Shown piece after piece: positions 55,113 to 64,000 of a stretch of 64,000 nt of DNA (the first letter of the stretch is position 1; the number at the start of each line of letters is the position of its first letter). The notes under the pieces were generated by a model. The model was not told the DNA's origin. It saw nothing but the letters and a program-made list of their open reading frames with translations, and made no database searches. Source of the stretch: Octopus sinensis (Eukaryota); contig NC_043017.1 in NCBI RefSeq assembly GCF_006345805.1, positions 6,386,001 through 6,450,000 on the forward strand. The letters run 5' to 3'. The position numbers were made by a program, and so were the translations under genes.

Positions 55113-55158
55113 GTTACAGTTGAAAAGGTCTCAAAATGACCGAAACCGGTACTGAAAT
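55113..55158 (+). ncRNA. minimal type I hammerhead ribozyme (Penelope-like element type, U3-A8 core)
   Basis: CAG-TTGAAAA-GGTC(tcaaaat)GACC-GAAA-CCGG-TA-CTG: stem I CAG/CTG, 4-bp stem II, palindromic minimal stem III, GUA cleavage triplet. Confidence 0.65.
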
Positions 55159-55203
55159 GTTCACTATAAAATTATTTTAGCATTTTCTATTTTTGACTTG
55201 TTT

Positions 55204-55268
<65 letters not shown>

Positions 55269-55459
55269 CATAGTTAATAAACATGAAGAACAAACACAAA
55301 AAAACAACAATGTGAAGTTTTAGCAGACGCTCAGTGAAGGAAAGAAATGTGGTTTTGCATTTCAAACAAAACTCTGCTTCAGAAATAGGTGAAAGTACAA
55401 TAGAAAAGGAAGATGAAGGGGGGGAAAAACGCCAACGATTCACATGTGGTGGCATTTTG

Positions 55460-55490
<31 letters not shown>

Positions 55491-55946
55491 GGAGTGGCTG
55501 TGTGGTAAGTAGCTTGCTAACCAGCCACATGGTTCCGGGTTCAGTCACACTGCGTGGCATCTTGGGCAAGTGTCTTCTACTATAGCCTCGGGCCGACCAA
55601 TGCCTTGTGAGTGGATTTGGTAGACGGAAACTGAAAGAAGCCTGTCGTATATATGTATATATATATATGTATGTGTGTTTGTTTGTGTGTCTGTGTTTGT
55701 CCCCCTAGCATTGCTTGACAACCCATGCTGGTGTGTTTATGTCCCCGTTACTTAGCGGTTCGGCAAAAGAGACCGATAGAATAAGTACTGGGCTTACAAA
55801 AAGAATAAGTCCCGGGGTCTAGTTGATCGATTAAAGGCGGTGCTCCAGCATGGCCGCAGTCAAATGACTGAAACAAGTAAAAGAGATATCGTGTTTGTAT
55901 TTGGTTTGCAAGATTATTTATCTGAATGCAAAAGGTCTTGGCCATT

Positions 55947-56140
55947 GCCTCCATGAGGCCCGACATTCAAAAGGAACTCAGCCACCTTGCCTCTGTGAGG
56001 CCCAACACATGAAAGGAACACAGCTACTTTACCTCCGTGAGGCCTGCTCGAAAAAAACACAGCTACTTTGCCTCCGTGAGGCCCAATGCTTGAAAGGGAC
56101 TCAGTCATGTTGCCTCCGTCAGGCCCAACACTCAAAAGGT
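55947..56140. repeat. ~42-bp tandem repeat (5 units) with GCCTC-NNN-GAGGC hairpin
   Basis: GCCTCCGTGAGGCCCAACAC..AAAGGAACTCAGCTACTT-like units. Confidence 0.85.
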
Positions 56141-56317
56141 CTTCAGCCAGGCCCAATATTCAGAGGTTGAATATTTTTTCTTTGCATGCCACCAGCATGG
56201 ATGCATTTTTAAAAATCATTTTATATTTTTTGCTAATTGTTTTTTTTTTACATTTTATATATATATATATATTATTTATTAAAAACCAATGGTATTAACC
56301 CTTAACCACCAAAAAAG

Positions 56318-56473
56318 GTGTTCCGCTTATTCAGACAAATGCATTTCTGTCTCCTGGACATCCATTCTCAGAACATGGAGGTTTTCGAAACTTTGGACAC
56401 TATTGAGAAACTGCAAGTTGACCTCATTCAGCAGATCCTTCTTCTGGGAGCCCACCTAAACCAACAACATAAG
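56318..56473 (+). CDS. TEX47: TEX47-like exon 5
   Basis: VFRLFRQMHFCLLDIHSQNMEVFETLDTIEKLQVDLIQQILLLGAHLNQQHK, donor AAG|GTAAGT. Compare TEX47 PMRLFMQWH...KLSLYLCQ. Confidence 0.85.
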
Positions 56474-57061
56474 GTAAGTTGAACTTCTTTCGATGCACTC
56501 AGCCACTTTCTAGCAATGTTAGTCAGCCAAACTAGCGCATAATGGGAAAATACTATAAATTAAGTTGACCCTGAAATGTGAATACAAATGGAACAAAATA
56601 AGTTTCGCGTAAATCAGACCAGTGGCTTTTGAAGATATTCAAGTTTTTGCGGGTATAAATGCCCAAAACGGTGCATAATGGGAAAATACTCTGAAAATAA
56701 CAATCCTGAAAGGGAAGAAACTGTAACCTTGCCATCACAATGTCTAAACTTTCCATTAGACATTATGATGGGCAAAATATTTTAAAGTGAAAATGACTTT
56801 AAAATACGTTAAATATTCTGTAAAAGACCCGTTCGTAACTACTGTGTGAAATAGTTTTTTTTTTCCATAGGTTTTTTCGAGTCCATTCAATGTGTCCCAC
56901 TGCAAAAGATTTGGCTGCTATCTCTAGCAGGCCCTGTCCTAAAACCACCACAGGTGGCGATAACAATAACATTATACATGTGTTCACGACGTACAGCAAC
57001 AGTTCCAAATTTCACGACATGATTTTCATTTCTTACAATATTATTTCTATCTATCTATCTA

Positions 57062-57141
<80 letters not shown>

Positions 57142-57295
57142 CTCTCTCTCTCTCCTCTCTCTCTCATGTGAATGTGAATAGTGTATCGACAGATCGGCTC
57201 CAAGTAAGTTGGCTTTATTTGTACGAAAAAAAAACTGTTTTAAAATATTTTTCGTCAAAGGGATGTTCAACATTTTCTCCTTCAATCTAAGTAAA

Positions 57296-57505
57296 GGATC
57301 TTTTCACTTTGACCGGCAGATTTTAAAAATAATTTCTTTGTAACTAAGCACTTTTAATCTTCGTATACTGGTAGAATGTGTCACATAAAACATCTTTTTC
57401 TCATGGCTTTCTTGAGAAAATTCTGTAGTTTGTAAGCTATTTGTTGTTAAATTTCTTGCATTTTGGCAATTTCAACAAATCAATGACGTCTATTGAGGTG
57501 AACAC
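57296..57505. mobile_element. truncated copy of the same MITE
   Basis: GGATCTTTTCACTTTGACCGGCAG...GACGTCTATTGAGGTGAA; only one TIR. Confidence 0.75.
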
Positions 57506-57524
57506 AATCACTGCTGTTGTTTGC

Positions 57525-58476
57525 CTCTATCTGTCCGTCCGTCCAAGCGTTCTTATTTGTTTCCACTCATATACGATACATTTCTTTCTGCAGGCGTTCT
57601 TATTCGTGTGAAGTTATTACCCTCTGTTTCTCTCTGCCTACAACAACCATTTTCATTTCCGTAAATTATGCTAATTTTTAAAAAGAATATTTATTTAGGT
57701 TTTCCATTCTTACATCATGTCTCGACGAGTAAGAAAGAAAACATCCGGTTGGTCTATAGACAGTACGAAGAGAGTGCGGCTAAGCAGGCGACATAATGAA
57801 TCGGATTTAATCCTTTCAAGAGTCAGGGGAAACGGTGACGTTGCTAGTGTCATGGCCGCAACACTGGTTAAAACAACAAACAATGGTAGTGAGAGCAAAT
57901 GGTGTGTGCAACATTGATAAAAACTCAAATACAGGAAACCTCTTCCAGCACACTAGGCTAATTGTTTGGGATGAATGTCCTTTGATTCAGAAGGAAAGCT
58001 TCGAAGCCCTTCAGTTTATTCTACTTGACATATGCGAAAGCAATGAGCTGTTCAGTGACATTTTGACAATTTGCTGAGGGGGATTTCCGTCAGCTTCTAC
58101 AAGAAGTGAAAAAAAGGGAAATGATGCAGACATGGAAAACGTGTGCATTACAAAATCATACTTATGGCGAAGCTTCGAAAAATTTCAGCTGAAGACAATC
58201 ATGCGATTGTGTGAGGGAGCCGAGGACTACTCACATTTCCTATTGGATGTTGGAGAAGATAAGACCTAAAACAATGAAAATAGTGAAATTATTTTGCCAA
58301 AAGAAATGATAGGCGCAGGAGTGGCTGTGTGGTAAGTAGCTTGCTAACCAACCACATGGTTCCGGGTTCAGTCCCACTGCGTGACATCTTGGGCAAGTGT
58401 CTTCTGCTATAGCCCCGGGCTGACCAATGCCTTGTGAGTGGATTTGGTAGACGGAAACTGAAAGAAGCCTGTCGTA

Positions 58477-58565
<89 letters not shown>

Positions 58566-60579
58566 TTGTGTGTGTGTTTGTGTGTCTGTGTTTGTCCCCC
58601 TAGCATTGCTTGACAACCGATGCTGGTGTGTTTACGTCCCCGTCACTTAGCGGTTCGGCAAAAGAGACCGATAGAATAAGTACTGGGCTTACAAAGAATA
58701 AGTCCCGGGGTAGATTTGCTCGACTAAAGGCGGTGCTCCAGCATGGCCGCAGTCAAATGACTGAAACAAGTAAAAGAGTAAAGAGAGATACTCCAAGCAA
58801 CAACTATGGAAGAATGCATTGACTTCATTTACCCCACATTTGAAAATCCAGGTGAAGCGTTTGAGAACAATTTCATCCAAGTACCTCTCAATCAAATGAT
58901 GAGAAGCGTCAATTCCACCTGTATCAGATGCTTCCCTGAAATCATAAAAGAATACTGATCCTATAATTCTGTGAGTGATGGTGCCAATGCCACTCATTTC
59001 CTGACTGAATTGCTTGATCCAGTTGAATTATCAGGACTGCCACCACATAAGCTGGAATGGGAAAACGGATCGCCCATAATTCTAACGAGAAGCTTGAATC
59101 CTCCAAGGTTTTGTATTGGGACGCGTATGATCGTGGAAGAACTGCACGACAGTCTCATAGTAGGGATAATCGGCACTGCTGCTTTCAGAAATGAAATTGT
59201 TATGACACCAAGAATAACAATTAATCTCTCTGAAGGTGAGGACATCCCTTTGCCGCGAAGCTATTTCCCAGTTCAATCATGCTTTGCTAAGACAATTCAT
59301 AAAGCACAAGGACAAACTATGGACAACGTCTTGCTCTATCTGGAATGATCTGTATTCCAACACGGTCATCTGTATGTCGCGGCGAGCTGGCAGAAACGTT
59401 AGCACGCCGGGCGAAATGCTTAGCGGCATTTCGTCTGCGTTTATGCATTTATGCATGTATGTTATTATGTGTAACGTCTGCGCTACGTTCTGAGTTCAAA
59501 TTCCGCCGAGGTCGACTTTGCCTTTCATCCTTTGGGGGTCAATAAATTAAGTACCAGTTACGCACTGGGGTCGATGTAATCGACTTAATACCTATGTCTG
59601 TATGTCGCCCTTAGTCGTGCAAAATCTAAAGGAGAATGTCAGAGTGTTTATGAAGGATGCCCAGTCCACTAAGAATGTTGTCAATAAAAGCATTCTAGCA
59701 AACAAACTGTAACAGCGTCAAAGTGAGAAATTATCCCTTCTGACGTCAGAACGTGAAAAGAAAAGGGAAAACTAAGACAAGTATGAAGAATTTCCTTCAT
59801 TTCAATGCAATGATGAATTCAGTTTCGATGTTGTTATGACCTGAACCGCCAGTGCCCCAAAGGAGCCATTTACGCGTGATATGAATGTCACATTCGTTGA
59901 AAGCAGGCGAAATAACCTAGAAAAGAAAAAATCCCACGAAACAAAACTCCATTGCTGGGAAATTCAGAGTTTCCCGGGAAACTCCGAGGTTCCCAAATCC
60001 CTCACCCTTTTCTTTTTCGGAAGGAATAGCTTGCGGTGAGTTTGGAAGTTGAATGCATTCGAAAAAAATCCTGTGGAAAAAATTATTTCACACTGAAGTA
60101 CAAATGGGTCCTTTACAAAATATTTATCCAAGATAAGGACAAGCATATGAATTGAAGGGTCGATGGAACTAATAAAGCAAGGGCTGAGCGTCTGGCAGAA
60201 GAGCGGGAAAGAGAGAGAAGCAGGAGCGAGATCAGGAATCAAACACTTGAAGAGCTGAGCATCTGGTGAACAAAGGAAAGATATAAAAGCAGGAGACGTC
60301 ATGAATCGGATGCTCATATGAATACAAACACTATAGAACAAAGTTTTGCATAAATCAGACCACGGATCAGTGAGATACGTGGGTTTTTGGGGGTACCTTC
60401 ATAGATAGCCAAATCAGTGTATAGTGGGGGAAATGCTTTGCAAGTAAGGTAACACTGAAATGTGAATACTCACAGAATAACAAAATATTTTGCATAAATC
60501 GGTCCATAGATTTCACAGATTCGTAGTTTTTCCGGGTACCTTGAAATATTGGTAACCCAACGGGTCATGGGTAATCTAG
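57525..60579 (+). mobile_element. decayed Helitron with Pif1-family helicase pseudogene
   Basis: Disrupted helicase motifs LIVWDECP, SGLPPHKL, FAKTIHKAQGQT, FQHGHLYV/ALSR with stops, frameshifts and two SINE insertions. ACCCA..TGGGT hairpin then CTAG|T at 60576-60579. 5' boundary uncertain. Confidence 0.85.
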
Positions 60580-61053
60580 TATATATATATATAAATAAGG
60601 CGGCGAGCTGGCAGAAACGTTAGCACGCCGGGCGACCTGCGCAGCCGTATTTCGTCTGTCGTTACGTTCCGAGTTCAAATTCCGCCGAGGTCGACTTTGC
60701 CTTTCATCCTTTCGGGGTCGATAAATTAAGTACCAGTTACGCACTGGGGTCGATGTAATCGACTTAATACCTTTGTCTGCCCTTGTTTGTCCCCTCTGTG
60801 TTTAGCCCCTTGTGGGTAGTAAAGAAATATATATATATATAAATTTCTATGTAAATGAGAATAAGGCCATTATTTGAATAACGATCAAATCAAGTGGCAG
60901 CATGGGAAGAAAAAACCTTTTGAGTTATGATTATAACTAAAATTATAAATGAGGGTATCTACGAGATACCACCATGCTAGAAATAACAGTCAAAACCTGA
61001 CTTTACAACCACATCACGTAATCTGTACTGCACATGTATTCAGTACATGTAAT

Positions 61054-61113
<60 letters not shown>

Positions 61114-61208
61114 ATGTATGTATGTATGTATGTATGTATATAGGATGTATGTATGTAAGTATATATACTACACATTCATATATAAGGTGAGTACCATTCT
61201 CATTGCAG

Positions 61209-61272
61209 GGTGACTTTCAGAGAGTTCTTGAAACAATGAGTACAAGAAACCCAGCACTACTTCCCCAACAAG
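61209..61272 (+). CDS. TEX47: TEX47-like exon 6
   Basis: ttctcattgcag|, GDFQRVLETMSTRNPALLPQQ, G|GTAAGC. Compare TEX47 DNLHQVAPDLLLPEQ. Confidence 0.85.
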
Positions 61273-61682
61273 GTAAGCTTTATTGATTGGATCTTCCGGT
61301 AAGAATCCAAGTATCACCTCATTCCTGCCCAAACCGCTTAACAAACCCACACTTCAAAACTTCTTCATTGGTTAAAGGTGGACCGTTTGTTTCCACAGAA
61401 TTTGAAATACCAAAGTGATATGTAACTATTAACACTGCTATGAATTTATGTATCTCTTATTTGTTTCAGTCATTTGATTGTGGCCATGTTGGGGCAATGC
61501 ACTGAAGAATTTTATTTTAAAGAATTGACTTCTGTACTAATTTTCTTTTACATCCAGTACTTATTCTATCATTTTTGTTTGACAAAAGGCTAAGTTACAG
61601 GGACGTAAACAAACCAACACTAATTGTCAAATAGTGGCTGGGAACAAGCACAGACACCAAGACACATTAGCAAGACCATCAA

Positions 61683-62088
61683 TCTATATATATAAAGCTG
61701 AAGTTGTCTGTGTGTGTGTGTGTGTGTGTGTGGCAGGTTTGGTAGCCTTCAACTAACACTATCTCCTCCGAGACCCTGCGGCGCAAGTTGACCAAACTTG
61801 GGAGTATGATAGAAGAAGGCTTGCTCTTCATTTCGTAGAAGAAAAAATCAAATCGGACCATGTTAACACCAAAAATTATTTACATCGAAAACGTGCTTTT
61901 TTTATAGGAAAATCCCTATTTTTACGATTTTTGTACTGCTGTGCCGCCATTTTTCAGTGTATTTCAACCAGAAAAATGTTCACTTAAAGAGACAAGCTAC
62001 ATAATGCAACATTTTTACTTTTCAAAAATTCCAATTCTAAAAGGTCGAAAAGAAAACAAACCCGAGCAACGCCGGGCTATACTGCTAG
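61683..62088 (+). mobile_element. non-autonomous Helitron, complete
   Basis: A|TCTATATATATAAA 5' end, CCCGAGCAACGCCGGG hairpin and CTAG|T 3' end, A/T target with no TSD. Confidence 0.88.
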
Positions 62089-63451
62089 TAAAAAGATAAA
62101 GCTGTAGCTATACTCATCTATTGTTATACCAACAGCCGTCTACGTCTGGCGAAACCCGGAAGAAGACGGTGAAGGTCTCTCAGTTACTGGTCGCGTTCCA
62201 TTAATGCTGCCTGCATTCAGCCCTGGACATCTCTTTCCGGAACAGAGTGAGAAAGAAAGAAGTGATGAGAAGAGCAGGCAAGGGAAGTTTACAAGACATG
62301 ATGACTATGGAGGGACATGTAGGTGTCTTTACACCTCCATGATGTTTTCAAGTTTCCAGTAGGAATCCTTTGGGGATCCCCGTCTCACGACCCACATGTC
62401 CGACAGATTTCTGTGGGGATCGTTGGAGGGTTTTCCAACACTTGTTTTTCCTTTGGGCAGCTGGTTGATGACCATGGTCCTTCTGAACGCTACTTGTGGA
62501 TCTCGTGCAAAGATCCATCTAATTCAAACTTACTTCAGATGCAAACAGTGAATCTTTGAGAAAATGTCTCCTAAATTGTCTTTACACCTCCACAATGTTT
62601 TCATGCTTCCAGTAGGAATGATTTGGGGATTCTTGTCTCACAGCCCATTTGTCAAACAGTTTTTTGTGGGAATCAGTGGAGGGTTTCCAGCAATTGTTTT
62701 TCCTTTGCAGGGCCAGTTGATGACCATGATCCTTCTGAATGCTGGCAGAAACGTTAGCACGCCGAGCGAAATGCTTTGCGGTATTTCATCTGTCGCTACG
62801 TTCTGAGTTCAAATTCTGCCGAGGTCGACTTTGCCTTTCATCCTTTCGGGGTCGATTAAATAAGTACCAGTTACGCACTGGGGTCGATATAATCGACTTA
62901 ATCCGTTTGTCTGTCCTTTTTTGTCCTCTGTAATTTAGCCCCTTGTGGGTAGTAAAGAAATAGGTATTTCTTTACTACTATAATGAGTCATATAAAACAC
63001 TGGAGGGAGGGTTATGGCTGGAATGTCTTTTAGTCATAGATCTGCTTCATCAAAGCTGTCATATTATAAAACAGTGGGAAGAGCAGTAACAATGCTGACA
63101 CCACCATCACTACCTCTTCCTTCCAGTACTACTAATATTACCACCACTACCACAACCACCTTTACTGTCATCACTACTACTACTACCACCATCATTACTA
63201 CCTTCACTGCTACCACCACCAACATCATCACTACAACCGCCACCACCACCACTCCTATTGTCATTGCTACTACCACCACCATTTCCATCACCACAGCTAC
63301 TGCCACCAACAACATTGCCCGCCATTACTACTACTGCCACCACCACCATCACCACTACCACCTTCACCACTACCGTCTCCAACACTGCCACTTACGGTAT
63401 CAGCTCCACCTTCTTAGCCATTGCCACCACTACCACCATCCATACCATCAT

Positions 63452-63826
63452 GGAAGCACTCCGTCGGTTACGACGACGAGGGTTCCGGTTGATCCGAATC
63501 AACGGAACAGCCTGCTCGTGAAATTAACGTGTAAGTGGCTGAGCACTCCACAGACACGTGTACCCTTAACGTAGTTCTCGGGGATATTCAGCGTGACACA
63601 GAGAGTGACAAGGCCGGCCCTTTGAAATACAGGTACAACAGAAACAGGAAGTAAGAGTGAGAGAAAGTTGTGGTGAAAGAGTACAGCAGGGATCACCACC
63701 ATCCCCTGCCGGAGCCTCGTGGAGCTTTTAGGTGTTTTCGCTCACAACGCCTGGTCTGGGAATCGAAACCGCGATCCTATGACCGCGAGTCCGCTGCCCT
63801 AACCACTGGGCCATTGCGCCTCCACA
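63452..63826 (-). mobile_element. tRNA-derived SINE family D
   Basis: Minus-strand head TGGCCCAGTGG (A-box) and GGTTTCGATTCC (B-box); related heads or bodies at 24075-24365, 9805-9920 and 43620-43865. Confidence 0.8.
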
Positions 63827-63892
63827 TACCATCATAACCACCATTATGATGATCACAACTACAACTACAAATTAGACATTTCTCTATTGTAG

Positions 63893-63991
63893 CCTTGATC
63901 CATTATTTATTGAAGAACGAGGAAGAAGGGCTCACAATTGAACAACTCATAGACATGTTTACGAAACCTTTTGATATTGTTCTACAAAATG
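63893..63991 (+). CDS. TEX47: TEX47-like exon 7 (gene continues beyond window)
   Basis: ttctctattgtag|, (A)LIHYLLKNEEEGLTIEQLIDMFTKPFDIVLQN, G|GTAAGT. Compare TEX47 [30 protein letters not shown]. Confidence 0.87.
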
Positions 63992-64000
63992 GTAAGTTGT

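Larger units (their letters stand above)
44543..56317 (+). other. U12-type (minor spliceosome) GT-AG intron
   Basis: 5' site GTATCCTTT; branch CCCTTAAC at ~56299-56306; AG 11 nt later with no polypyrimidine tract. Splicing keeps frame and homology (SHD|VFRLF). Confidence 0.85.

Overview
AT-rich, microsatellite- and SINE-dense animal genomic DNA; the repeat landscape suggests a cephalopod (Octopus-like), which is an inference. None of the supplied ORFs is a complete host gene. Reading splice signals by hand gives two divergently transcribed intron-containing genes. (1) PDRG1, a prefoldin-like PAQosome subunit, on the minus strand: 3 coding exons, 22621->11993, 127 aa. (2) A TEX47/DYBLUP-like BLUF-fold ciliary gene on the plus strand: 7 coding exons from 29831, running past the right edge, with an RFX X-box plus forkhead promoter. 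The second gene has several unusual features. Intron 1 carries ~68 tandem 82-bp copies of its own exon-2 3' splice site, and only the last copy is followed by the real exon. Intron 4 is an 11.8-kb U12-type intron. That intron also holds a sense-strand minimal hammerhead ribozyme with a U3-A8 core and an antisense CR1-type LINE. The rest is four SINE-like families, non-autonomous and decayed Helitrons, MITEs, Penelope-like fold-backs, a mariner relic and simple repeats.
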